Source: an uncultured Endomicrobiia bacterium
GTDB lineage: Bacteria > Elusimicrobiota > Endomicrobiia > DTEH01
Length of the DNA: 64,000 nt
NCBI GenBank assembly: GCA_938074745.1
Contig: CALJEJ010000004.1
Span: 1,597 to 65,596, forward strand
Direction of reading: 5' to 3'
Part shown: positions 38,654 through 48,364 of the stretch, piece after piece
Position numbering within the stretch: position 1 is the first letter of the stretch
Layout: each line of letters opens with the position of its first letter
Notes under the pieces: model-generated
What the model was told of the DNA's origin: nothing
Databases searched by the model: none
Seen by the model: the letters and a program-made list of their open reading frames with translations, nothing else
Made by a program: the position numbers and the translations under genes

Positions 38654-41467
38654 TCATTTTAAATTTTTTAACTTGAAAGCTGACTCTTCAGCCCAAAGTG
38701 TCCCTGGATAGTTTTTTATAGAGTTAGTATATGCTTTTTTTGCTTCGTCATAAAGTTTCATTTGTTCACAACACAAACCTACCATAAACTGTGCTTCAGC
38801 ACAAAGTTGAGTATATTGGGGATACATATATATGGTCTTTAAATATTCTACTGATGCTTCTTTATATTTACCAAGATTATAATAACAATCACCTAACTTT
38901 TTTTGTGCCATTGCTTGCAGTTCTACATCTTGACTGTTAGTCACGTAAGCGTAGCGTTTTATTGCTTCATTAAAATTTTTTTGTGTTTGAAATTTTACTG
39001 CTGTGTCATAGAAATACCTGCCCACCTCAGGTAGAGAAATATATTTTGTTACAAGAATATTTTCTATTTCAGAGACAAGTTCTAGCCTGTTTTGAGAAGT
39101 ATATATTTTTAACAATGATATGTATACTTTAGCTAACAGTTCAACTTGAGGATATTTCTCTATTATCTTTTTATATACATTTTCTGCAATGGAAAATTTT
39201 TGATTAAATTCGTATATTTTACCCACTAAATATTCAGAATATGCAGAAACGTAATTGTCTGAAAATTTTTGTTTTATTATTGAAACAAGCCGTAATAAAG
39301 ATTCTGTACGGTTAGACACTACGGGAATTTCTATTATCTTATTTACAATTTCTATAATTTCTTTTGGATATAACATTTCACTCTTTATGATAATTTCTGC
39401 TACATCTATTGCTGTGTCCATATCATAACTTAACAATATATTAAAAGTATTAAAAATTTCTTCTTTAGACAAAAAAGTTAACATTGTGTCATCTTTTATT
39501 TCTTTGAGTCTCTTACTGTAGTGTTTAATTTTTCGTTCATCATTAAGTTCTGAATAAACTTTCAATAAATAATATATCGCCACCATCTTTTGTGACGTTT
39601 TTTTGTAAACAGATAAAATATTATCACATCTTTTTATTATTTCGTCAAATTTTTTTGAAGTATATAATAAGTTTAAAATTTTTTGTTCTATTAAAAATTT
39701 TTTATCCATATCTTCCGTTATACTAGACCACAAAGTTAAATACTTTATTGCTTCATTATAATTACCTTCTATACTATAAACCCGTGCTAAGGAAGATAAA
39801 ATAAATTTTTTTTCATCTTTTGAAATTTCGTTGGTTAACAGTCTCTCAGCGATCTTTTTAACTTCATCGTAATTTTTTTTGTTATAGTTTAAAACAAAAC
39901 TTAACATTTCAGCAGAATTCTTCGTTTTGGAATTTTTTGTTGTAGATAAAACTTTATTGATTAACTTTTCTGCTTCTTCATATTTAGCAGTTCTTATATA
40001 TACCTCTGCAAGTGAAAGTTCTATATCAGAATTTTCTATCCGAGTATCTTTGTAATTTTCTAATGCCTGTGTATAATACTGTTGAGCAATTTCTAAATCA
40101 AAAGTTGATTTATAACATTCTGCTAATTCTAATAATATATATAACTTAAGTTTTTGTGCAGAAGATTTTTCCAACAAACTTGTCAATATTTTTTTTGCAA
40201 TCTCATATTCTTTAATTTTGCGATAACATCGCGCTATAAAAAATTCTGAAGGGATTGAATATATAGAACTTTTTTCTTTTACTATATTTTTGAACAAACT
40301 TATTGCATTGTCATAATTTTCAGTATTCATATAACTTAATGCGAGCCAGTAATTGACATCTGTAGAAAGGTTATATTTACGGCCATATTTGGATATTAAT
40401 TTCGTAAATATTTCTATTACTTTATTATAATTTTCCAAGTTGTAATGACATAAACCTAATAAATACAGCGAATTTGCTATCAACTTAGGTTCGTCACATT
40501 TCAAAGAAGACAGAATTTCTATACAACCTGTATAATCTTTGGTTTTAAAATAACAAAAACCTAAATCAAATTTTATCTGAGATATTAATATCTCGTCTTG
40601 GACAGTAGTAAGTAATTGTTTATACAATTTTATTGCAGAAGAATATTTTGCTTGTTTAAGCAACATCCTTGCCAAATTATATTTTATTACAATTTCAACA
40701 TCTTTTGAAACTTTTTGTAAAGGGATATCTTTTAACATAGCTTCAGATGAAGCATATTTTTTTTGTTCATTAAAAATTTCTACCAACCTGAGGTTTGCGT
40801 AAGGTAAATATTCACTATTTTTGTATATAGAGACAAATTTTTTAAATTCTCGTTCTGCATCTTTAAAACATGATTTTTTGTACCACGACTCTGCTAGGAT
40901 ATAAGCCAGTTGTTCCTCTATTTCATAAGGTAAATAACATTTTTTTTCTTTAATATACTGTTTCAACAATGCAATATTTGTCAAGACAGAATTGTATTTT
41001 TCAATTTTAAACTGGGCAAAAATTTTACCATATAAAATTAACGGTCTTAACTTTAAATCTTCTACATCTTCTATTTCAGAATATACTTTTTCTGCAGTAA
41101 GATAGTCTTCTAAAAATAAACAGTTTTCAGCATATAAAAATTTTATAAATTTTTTCCCCTCTAAAGAATATTCTTCAAAATATTTATTAAAAATTTCTTC
41201 ATAACACTGTTTTGCAAGATTATACTTTTTTTGTAAAAAATAAGTATTGGCCAAAAATAATAATGTGCTGTTATTTTCTTTTTCTATATAAGATTTTTTA
41301 AACATCTTTTCTGCTATATCATAATTTTGTGAAACCATCGCAGAAAGTCCTAAAGTAAAATAAAAATCATTTTCTTGACTAAATGATACTTCGTTGCTTC
41401 CTTTTACTATATGTACACAGGATAAAATTAATATTAAAATAAGTATTTGCTTCATTAATATGTTCAT
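38654..41467 (-). CDS. Large exported tetratricopeptide repeat protein
   Basis: Signal peptide/lipobox-like ILSC; many TPR units (e.g. SLYLLGLCHYNLENY, AQFMVGLCCEQM). Confidence 0.8.
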   Translation of the reverse strand: MNILMKQILILILILSCVHIVKGSNEVSFSQENDFYFTLGLSAMVSQNYDIAEKMFKKSYIEKENNSTLLFLANTYFLQKKYNLAKQCYEEIFNKYFEEYSLEGKKFIKFLYAENCLFLEDYLTAEKVYSEIEDVEDLKLRPLILYGKIFAQFKIEKYNSVLTNIALLKQYIKEKKCYLPYEIEEQLAYILAESWYKKSCFKDAEREFKKFVSIYKNSEYLPYANLRLVEIFNEQKKYASSEAMLKDIPLQKVSKDVEIVIKYNLARMLLKQAKYSSAIKLYKQLLTTVQDEILISQIKFDLGFCYFKTKDYTGCIEILSSLKCDEPKLIANSLYLLGLCHYNLENYNKVIEIFTKLISKYGRKYNLSTDVNYWLALSYMNTENYDNAISLFKNIVKEKSSIYSIPSEFFIARCYRKIKEYEIAKKILTSLLEKSSAQKLKLYILLELAECYKSTFDLEIAQQYYTQALENYKDTRIENSDIELSLAEVYIRTAKYEEAEKLINKVLSTTKNSKTKNSAEMLSFVLNYNKKNYDEVKKIAERLLTNEISKDEKKFILSSLARVYSIEGNYNEAIKYLTLWSSITEDMDKKFLIEQKILNLLYTSKKFDEIIKRCDNILSVYKKTSQKMVAIYYLLKVYSELNDERKIKHYSKRLKEIKDDTMLTFLSKEEIFNTFNILLSYDMDTAIDVAEIIIKSEMLYPKEIIEIVNKIIEIPVVSNRTESLLRLVSIIKQKFSDNYVSAYSEYLVGKIYEFNQKFSIAENVYKKIIEKYPQVELLAKVYISLLKIYTSQNRLELVSEIENILVTKYISLPEVGRYFYDTAVKFQTQKNFNEAIKRYAYVTNSQDVELQAMAQKKLGDCYYNLGKYKEASVEYLKTIYMYPQYTQLCAEAQFMVGLCCEQMKLYDEAKKAYTNSIKNYPGTLWAEESAFKLKNLK

Positions 41468-41474
41468 AAAAATT

Positions 41475-42728
41475 TTATTCTATTTTATTAATTTTTTCTA
41501 CTAAAAAATTTATTTCAACCACCTCTTGTCTGTTGTTAGAAAAATCTTTTAAAACAACTTTATTTTGTGTAATTTCTTCTCCTATAATTACTACATATTT
41601 ACATTGTTCATTATTAAACAACCGTAGTTGCGATTTCAAACTTTTTTTACACAACGGTCCTATCACTATGTATTTACTATTATTTTGAGTTAACATATCC
41701 GCTATTTCAAACCCTTTAGAAACATATTCGTCAGAAACTGTACCAATACCTATTTTTATAATGTCGGTTTTACTACCTTTTGGAATTGTAACTAATTCCA
41801 TCATTCTGTCAATACCGAATGCACAACCACAGGCTAATGTATCTTCAGCACCAAAAGTTTTTATCAAAGTATCGTAACGTCCTCCTGCACAAATAGTATT
41901 TTGTGTTGAACTTAACGAATGAACTTTGTACTCGAACACAAAATTTGTATAATAATCAAGTCCACGAACTAAAAATTTATCTTCTTTATACTCAATATTT
42001 TGTTTATTTAATAATTGTTTAATTTCTTCATAATTTGTTTTACATTGCTCACATAGATAATTTGTTATCTGTGGTATGTTAACAATTTTGTCAGTGTCAA
42101 TTTTACAATCTAAAATTCGTAATGGGTTTCGTTGTAACCTTATTTTACAATCATTACATAGAGATTGTTTTATACTGTTTAAATACTTAACAAGTTCCGT
42201 AGTATATTGAGGACGACATCTATCACATCCTACACTATTTATATATAAAACACCGTTGATGCCAACTTTATTAAAAACTTCTAAAATTATTTTTATCAAC
42301 AAAATGTCGCTTGATGGTGACGGCTCGTTAAAAATTTCTATCCCGAACTGATAAAATTCTCTGTATCTACCCTTTTGTGGCCGTTCGTATCTATACATAG
42401 GACCGAAATAAAAGAACCGTTTCAACGGAAAGATGTTCTTTAAATTATGTTCTATATACGCTCGGACAACGCCTGCTGTACCTTCAGGCCGAAGAACAAA
42501 TTTTCTTCCTTTAGTATCAACAATTTCATACATCTGTTTTTCTACAATATCTGTTGTTTCGCCAATACTTCGTTGATATAACTGTTTATCTTCAAAAGTA
42601 GGCAAAATTATTTCTTGAAAATTATATTTACTTACAACTTCACGACAACATCTTTCAATATACCTTAATTTTTTAACCTCGTGTAAAAAAATATCTCTTG
42701 TTCCTCGCACAGAGACAAATTTTACCAT
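41475..42728 (-). CDS. hisS: Histidine--tRNA ligase
   Basis: VRGTRD, LRPEGTA, YRYERPQKGRYREFYQ, LVRGLDYY, GGRYD; likely start at 42728. Confidence 0.97.
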   Translation of the reverse strand: MVKFVSVRGTRDIFLHEVKKLRYIERCCREVVSKYNFQEIILPTFEDKQLYQRSIGETTDIVEKQMYEIVDTKGRKFVLRPEGTAGVVRAYIEHNLKNIFPLKRFFYFGPMYRYERPQKGRYREFYQFGIEIFNEPSPSSDILLIKIILEVFNKVGINGVLYINSVGCDRCRPQYTTELVKYLNSIKQSLCNDCKIRLQRNPLRILDCKIDTDKIVNIPQITNYLCEQCKTNYEEIKQLLNKQNIEYKEDKFLVRGLDYYTNFVFEYKVHSLSSTQNTICAGGRYDTLIKTFGAEDTLACGCAFGIDRMMELVTIPKGSKTDIIKIGIGTVSDEYVSKGFEIADMLTQNNSKYIVIGPLCKKSLKSQLRLFNNEQCKYVVIIGEEITQNKVVLKDFSNNRQEVVEINFLVEKINKIE

Positions 42729-42736
42729 ATTTTGGA

Positions 42737-43600
42737 TCACCAATCTTCAAGCAATATTTTTGCTCTTTTATAAGCCTCTATTAAACTTTCTTTTATATCT
42801 TTACCATTTATTGGTGTAAGAATTTCTAACATAAATGGGTTCTGATAATTTACACTATGTAAAATTTCATATACACGATGCCATTTTATATTCCCTTCGC
42901 CTAATACAAGATGGTTATCTGTTTTGTTGTCTGTGTCAGAAATGTGTAAAGAAATAATATGGTGTTTCATTTGTTCCATCATATTATACAAAATATTTTT
43001 CTCGTTGAACAATTCTGCGTGACCTGTGTCAAAACATATTCCAACAATATCAGGATTTGTAGAAGTTATAAGGTCTAACAATTCATTAGGATAACTAAAC
43101 ATAATATGTGGCAACTGGTTCTCTAAAGCAATTTTTATATTTAACCGATTTTTTATAATAAACTCTACAAATTCATTAATAGCGTACTTTGCAGCAGTGA
43201 GTCGTTCAAAATATTCTTGAGATGAAAGATGTCTTCTGCTTGTATCAGGTTTTGTTGCAGGATGAACCACTACTACTTTTGCATTAAACTCTTCAGCAAC
43301 AAAAAATATCTCTTTAATATCTTCAATTACTTTTTTTTGTTTTTCTATTTCAGGAGAAGAAATGTCGTATTCGTAAGAAAACGGTGCATGGATTGAATAA
43401 ACAGTTATACCGAGAGTAGTCAAAAGATGTTTAATTTTCTGAATTTCTGTTTTATCCTTCCAGTTAAAATGCAACTTTTTGCCATAGAACACTGTCCACA
43501 GTTCTACAATTTTTATTGGTGTAGAACTTACAATATCTAATGCTGAATAAACATCTATACCTAACCTATCAGCAAAACCTGTAGAAACGCCTATTTGCAT
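42737..43600 (-). CDS. Sugar phosphate isomerase/epimerase (xylose-isomerase-like TIM barrel)
   Basis: SIHAPF, VVVHP, IALEN, CFDTGH, LHISD, DNHLVLGEG, MLEI. Confidence 0.85.
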   Translation of the reverse strand: MQIGVSTGFADRLGIDVYSALDIVSSTPIKIVELWTVFYGKKLHFNWKDKTEIQKIKHLLTTLGITVYSIHAPFSYEYDISSPEIEKQKKVIEDIKEIFFVAEEFNAKVVVVHPATKPDTSRRHLSSQEYFERLTAAKYAINEFVEFIIKNRLNIKIALENQLPHIMFSYPNELLDLITSTNPDIVGICFDTGHAELFNEKNILYNMMEQMKHHIISLHISDTDNKTDNHLVLGEGNIKWHRVYEILHSVNYQNPFMLEILTPINGKDIKESLIEAYKRAKILLEDW

Positions 43601-43609
43601 AACTTTTTT

Positions 43610-43638
43610 GTTATATCAAAAAATTTTTTATTTTTCAA
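43610..43638 (-). promoter_or_regulatory. Putative sigma70 promoter for the epimerase-hisS unit
   Basis: TTGAAA (43638-43633), 17-nt spacer ending TGA, TATAAC (43615-43610). Confidence 0.5.
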
Positions 43639-43774
43639 TTATTGTAGGAATATAATTTTAATTTACGAACACAAATTCTTAATCGTTATTTCTAAAATGA
43701 AAGTTGGGTTATAAAATTCAAGATTTTTATTGTGATTGAAATTAAAAAAAGAAATAATGTATATTCAATTTTAT

Positions 43775-43863
43775 GGAGGGGTGCCCGAGCGGTTTATGGG
43801 GCTGGTCTTGAAAACCAGTGTGGCTTTTAATAGTCACCGTGGGTTCGAATCCCACCCCCTCCG
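43775..43863 (+). tRNA. tRNA-Ser (anticodon TGA)
   Basis: Acceptor GGAGGGG/CCCCTCC, anticodon arm CTGGT-CTTGAAA-ACCAG, long variable arm, GTGGG-TTCGAAT-CCCAC, discriminator G. CCA not encoded. Confidence 0.96.
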
Positions 43864-43869
43864 AAATAC

Positions 43870-44415
43870 TTATACAAAACTTTCGGGGATGGTATAACCA
43901 CAATTTTTAAGTATACGGAAAAGTTCTTTACGTTTTTGGCTATATTTATCGTCAAAAATTTCGCTACAGGAAAAAACGCTCTTCTGTTCAGACAAAATTT
44001 TTACTGCGAAGGCAATACAGGTAAGTTCACCACATTTTTTACAGTTTGTTTGAGGAAGTAACTTATAAATTTCTAACGCGGTAAGTTGGTTTCTTCGTTC
44101 AAACAACGGTTCTATTTTATTCTTATTCTCGTACACATAATTAATTTTTTCTTTTAACCAATCACAAATTTTTTCTGCAGTAGCAACATCTTTTACCTGT
44201 CCTGCAGCAATTTCTTTTGGGTGAAGTGTTACAAGTCCATCTTTTTTTATAGTTAACGTGTGTCCGTAAGGATTGTATATAGCAGAATCAATTATTCGGT
44301 TAAGATATGGCATAAGTTCTGTTATATCATTGTCAAGTTCTGCGTGGAAACGTATTTTTGTTTGGTCAGCTAAACAGGGGAGTATTGTTTTTATTGTAAT
44401 TTTTTTTATATACAT
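43870..44415 (-). CDS. Putative Fe-S-binding protein (COG4871-like)
   Basis: N-terminal PCLAD; C-terminal LPQTNCKKCGELTCIAFA...C, the putative Fe-S domain also seen in RnfB/AcsC. Confidence 0.8.
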   Translation of the reverse strand: MYIKKITIKTILPCLADQTKIRFHAELDNDITELMPYLNRIIDSAIYNPYGHTLTIKKDGLVTLHPKEIAAGQVKDVATAEKICDWLKEKINYVYENKNKIEPLFERRNQLTALEIYKLLPQTNCKKCGELTCIAFAVKILSEQKSVFSCSEIFDDKYSQKRKELFRILKNCGYTIPESFV

Positions 44416-44484
44416 TGTTTACCTACCAATTTTTAGTATTAAATTTTCTACAAAATTATATTTGTTTAATCAACTTTTCAATTT

Positions 44485-45255
44485 ATGTACAATACTATGC
44501 TAACACAAGAAATATTAAAAGTTAAAAATTTAACAAAACGTTTTGGCAATTTTTTAGCAGTAGACAATGTATCATTTTCAGTCAACCAAAAAGAAATCGT
44601 AGGGTTGTTAGGTCCTAATGGTGCTGGAAAAACTACTATAATCAATATGATTTTAGGTGTATTAGAACCTACTACAGGTGTAATTGAAATTCAAAATAAA
44701 CAATTAAACAAAAATAGAACTTTAGTGGTTGAAAAAATGAATTTTGCAGCTACTTACTCACATATGCCTGGTAATCTTACTGTATGGCAAAACCTTTATG
44801 TTTTTGGATTACTTTATGGGATTAAAAATTTACGTCATAAAATAAATTCGTTATTACACGAGTTTGAATTAGAAAAATTTAAAAACAAAAAGACTGGTTT
44901 GTTATCTTCAGGAGAACTTGCAAGATTAAATTTAGCCAAGGTTTTTCTTAACGACCCTATATTAATTTTATTAGATGAACCTACTGCATCGTTAGACCCT
45001 ACTGTGGCAAAAGAAATAAGAAGCAAAATTTCTTTAGTGGTTAAAGAAAAGAATATCGCTGTGTTATGGACTTCACATAATATGACGGAAATTGAACAAG
45101 TTTGTGATAGAGTTTTATTTTTATCCCATGGGAAAATTATAATTTCTGGCGAACCAAAACAATTGCTTACTATCTACAACAAAAAAAATTTAGAAGAACT
45201 TTTTATTTTTTTAACTAAAGAACAGTATCTTTTTGACAAAGATCCTGAGAATTAA
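44485..45255 (+). CDS. ABC-2 type exporter ATP-binding subunit
   Basis: GPNGAGKTT, LSSGE, LLDEPT, TSH. Confidence 0.92.
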   Translation: MYNTMLTQEILKVKNLTKRFGNFLAVDNVSFSVNQKEIVGLLGPNGAGKTTIINMILGVLEPTTGVIEIQNKQLNKNRTLVVEKMNFAATYSHMPGNLTVWQNLYVFGLLYGIKNLRHKINSLLHEFELEKFKNKKTGLLSSGELARLNLAKVFLNDPILILLDEPTASLDPTVAKEIRSKISLVVKEKNIAVLWTSHNMTEIEQVCDRVLFLSHGKIIISGEPKQLLTIYNKKNLEELFIFLTKEQYLFDKDPEN

Positions 45256-45258
45256 AAC

Positions 45259-46068
45259 ATGAACATAAAACGTATATTAGCAATTTTTGTCCGACAGGTA
45301 TTTCTTTATCAAACAAATCCTATAAGATTGACTGCTATATTTTTGTGGCCATTTTTAGAAATTCTTCAATGGGGATTCATTACAAAATATTTATCTAAAC
45401 TAGGTGAAACAAATTTTTCATTTACAACAGTAGTTTTAGGGACAGTAATTTTGTTTGAATTTATGACACGAGTAGATACAAGTATTATGACAACATTTTT
45501 AGAAGATATTTGGTCAAATAATCTTTTGAATTTGTTCTCTACACCTATTAGAATTAGTGAGTATTTATCTGGGATGGTGTTGACAAGTATTGTGATAGGA
45601 AGTGTTAATTTAATTTTTGTAAGTATTTTAGCAGGATTGGTTTTTAGATATAATATTGTAAAGATAGGTGTTATAGTATGGTTTTCACTTACGATATTAT
45701 TAATATTTGGGATTTCGTTAGGAATTTTCACTACAGCAATTATTTTTAAACACGGACCTGCAGCAGAATGGCTTGGTTGGCCTTTACCATTTGTGCTTTC
45801 TGTATTTTCAGGCGTGTTTTATCCTATAAAAACTTTACCTCCAAGTTTACAAAACGTATCTAAAATCTTACCAAGCAGTTATGTGTTTGAAAGTTTAAGA
45901 GAATGTATTATAAACAATTCTTTATATACAAAATTAATTATTCAGAACCTGATGTTGAGTTTGTTGTTGTCTATAATTTTCCTTTTTATAAGTTTTATAT
46001 TTTTCTTAAAAATTTATAAAACCAATTTAATTTCAGGTTCTATTGCTCGGTTTTCTGCTTATGAATAG
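45259..46068 (+). CDS. ABC-2 type exporter permease
   Basis: Six hydrophobic segments; FSGVFYPIKTLP and LPSSY ABC-2 motifs. Confidence 0.88.
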   Translation: MNIKRILAIFVRQVFLYQTNPIRLTAIFLWPFLEILQWGFITKYLSKLGETNFSFTTVVLGTVILFEFMTRVDTSIMTTFLEDIWSNNLLNLFSTPIRISEYLSGMVLTSIVIGSVNLIFVSILAGLVFRYNIVKIGVIVWFSLTILLIFGISLGIFTTAIIFKHGPAAEWLGWPLPFVLSVFSGVFYPIKTLPPSLQNVSKILPSSYVFESLRECIINNSLYTKLIIQNLMLSLLLSIIFLFISFIFFLKIYKTNLISGSIARFSAYE

Positions 46069-46087
46069 GTTTTTTTGTAAATAAGAT

Positions 46088-47560
46088 TTACTTTAGTATT
46101 CGTCCTTCTATAAAAATTTTTATAGGTGAGTTTGTTTTAATATATTCTTCTACTGCGGCCCGTAACAACTTGTTTGTGTCTTTTATATCTTTCCCCTCTT
46201 TAAACATTACATACCCATCACCACCAACAGCAACAAAATTGTTCGTTGCAACAGTATAAAATTTTTCTTCTTTTAACTGTTGACCATTCACTAATATGTA
46301 GACAATTTTTTCTCCATAAGGTTTTGTCATATCATATTTTACTTTTATACCTGAAACTTGCATTAAAGTAGTTTTTCCACAAACAGAAAATTCCAATATT
46401 TCTTTAATTTTTTTACCTGAAAGTTTCATTGTTACAATTGTGTTATCAAAAGGAAGAACATTGTAAATGTCTCTACGAGTAATTTTACCTTTAGATATTT
46501 CAGCTCTGATTCCGCCAGAGTTTTGGAATGCAATTTCACAATTTGTCAGTTTCCTCATTATATCAGTGATTAGATTTCCGAGATTAGACTCTTCATCTTT
46601 TTTAATTTTTAAATCCACTTCTGTTACTCCGACAGGTTTGTCTAATTCTTTAGCAACAATTTCAGTATACCGCTTAAGAATTTTTTGTACAACTTCATCC
46701 ACACCCCAAATTTTATCATCAAGAGGAATAAGTTTGTTTTTATATCTTACTACTTTATTATTTTTTATCCACAACTTAAGATAGCCGACAGTTCTACCTT
46801 TGCCATTTGTTTGACATATAATAGTTTTATATTTTCGTGATACAAAAGGTTTTTTAACTGCTGTATGTGAATGTCCACCTATAATAACATCAATTTCAGG
46901 AACTTTTTCAGCAAGAATTTTATCGTTTTCAAACCCGATATGTGTAAGACCAACGATTATATCTACAGCAAGTTTTTTTAATTCATCAACACAAGCTTTA
47001 GCAGAAAAAATTTCATTTCCAAAACTAAACTTTTCAACTGCTTTCTTAAATACAATATCGCTTGTTCTTTCAGAAGTTATTCCGAAAATACCAACTTTTA
47101 CTCCACAAACTTTTTTAATTATAAATGGATGTAAATATTTAACTTTTACACCATTTTTATACCAAACATTACTTCCGAGGAACGGAAAATTTGCGTTTTT
47201 GACAAGGTTTAAAAGAACTTCTTCGCCTTGGTCAAACTCGTGGTTTCCCACAGTGACTGCATCATATCTTAAATAATTAAACACTTCAAGAACATACATT
47301 CCTCTGGAGAGATCACCTTCAGGCGTACCTTGAAAAAAATCGCCCGAGTCAAGTAGTAAACTACAATTTTTTATTTTTTTTCTTTGTTGGTTAAGGTAAG
47401 AAGATAACACCGGCAAGTTCAAACTACCATGTAAATCGTTCGTATAAAATATAACCAATTTCTTTGTTCCAAAAATATAATATAGTGAATGGACTAAAAA
47501 AAGTGTAATTCCTAAAAATAGGATTAAAATTTTGAGAACAAAAAATTTTTTGTTAATCAT
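46088..47560 (-). CDS. Exported 5'-nucleotidase / UDP-sugar hydrolase (UshA-like)
   Basis: TNDLHG, DSGDFFQG, VGNHEFD, THIG, GGHSH, NSGGIR, GGDGY; N-terminal transmembrane segment. Confidence 0.92.
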   Translation of the reverse strand: MINKKFFVLKILILFLGITLFLVHSLYYIFGTKKLVIFYTNDLHGSLNLPVLSSYLNQQRKKIKNCSLLLDSGDFFQGTPEGDLSRGMYVLEVFNYLRYDAVTVGNHEFDQGEEVLLNLVKNANFPFLGSNVWYKNGVKVKYLHPFIIKKVCGVKVGIFGITSERTSDIVFKKAVEKFSFGNEIFSAKACVDELKKLAVDIIVGLTHIGFENDKILAEKVPEIDVIIGGHSHTAVKKPFVSRKYKTIICQTNGKGRTVGYLKLWIKNNKVVRYKNKLIPLDDKIWGVDEVVQKILKRYTEIVAKELDKPVGVTEVDLKIKKDEESNLGNLITDIMRKLTNCEIAFQNSGGIRAEISKGKITRRDIYNVLPFDNTIVTMKLSGKKIKEILEFSVCGKTTLMQVSGIKVKYDMTKPYGEKIVYILVNGQQLKEEKFYTVATNNFVAVGGDGYVMFKEGKDIKDTNKLLRAAVEEYIKTNSPIKIFIEGRILK

Positions 47561-47575
47561 TATTATGGCGAGAAA

Positions 47576-48238
47576 TTACTTCTTTAATTTGTTCCAATCA
47601 TCTAAAAATTTTTGTACCCCTTTGGTAGTAAGTTCATGAGTTATCATTTCAGAGATAAGTTTGAAAGGTATAGTAACTGCGTCTGCAGCATATTCTGCTG
47701 ATTTTATTATATGATTAATATTTCGTACCGACGCTACAATAACTTTTGTTTTAATATTATAATTTTTGTAAATCGTCATAATATCTCTGACAAGGTCGGT
47801 ACCTGTCTGACCAATATCGTCTAATCTACCTACAAAAGGACAAATATAATCTACACCTAAAGATGCTGCAACAATTGCTTGAGGGACAGAAAAAATTAAT
47901 GTTAATGCAGTTCTTATTTTTCTTTCTTTAAGAGCTTTTACAGCCATAAGTCCTTCTGTAGTAATTGGTATTTTAGCAACAATTTGTGGTGACACTTCAG
48001 ATAATTCTATACTTTCCTGTAAAATACTTTCATAATCTGTGCTAACAGGTTCTGCAAGAACATCTATTTCTTTAGAAATTTTACAAATTTCAGACAAAAC
48101 TTTTTTTTGTTCAGAAAGGGATTGTGATGAAAGTTGTTTCGCTATTAAAGTAGGGTTAGTTGTTACACCGGCAATTAAACCTAAATCATAGGCTTTTTTT
48201 ATTTCCTCAATGTTTGCAGAGTCAAGAAATAGTTTCAT
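47576..48238 (-). CDS. Transaldolase / fructose-6-phosphate aldolase (TalC/MipB family)
   Basis: MKLFLDSA, GVTTNPTL, VAKIP, TLIFS, PFVGRLDD, ASVR; start moved to 48238 (SD AGGAG). Confidence 0.92.
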   Translation of the reverse strand: MKLFLDSANIEEIKKAYDLGLIAGVTTNPTLIAKQLSSQSLSEQKKVLSEICKISKEIDVLAEPVSTDYESILQESIELSEVSPQIVAKIPITTEGLMAVKALKERKIRTALTLIFSVPQAIVAASLGVDYICPFVGRLDDIGQTGTDLVRDIMTIYKNYNIKTKVIVASVRNINHIIKSAEYAADAVTIPFKLISEMITHELTTKGVQKFLDDWNKLKK

Positions 48239-48364
48239 TGTGTTATTTCTCCTTGTATAGATTTTATTAGAATAACGATTTACATTTTTTGTTGGCAAGT
48301 TATATATAAAAAAATTTTTTTGTTTTCAATTTATATTCTATAACTCAAAAAGTAGGCGGGTTGG

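Noticed and set aside
43775..43863. Long-variable-arm tRNA as tRNA-Sec or a suppressor
   Set aside because: The anticodon is TGA (reads UCA, Ser), not TCA, and the acceptor stem is a normal 7 bp.
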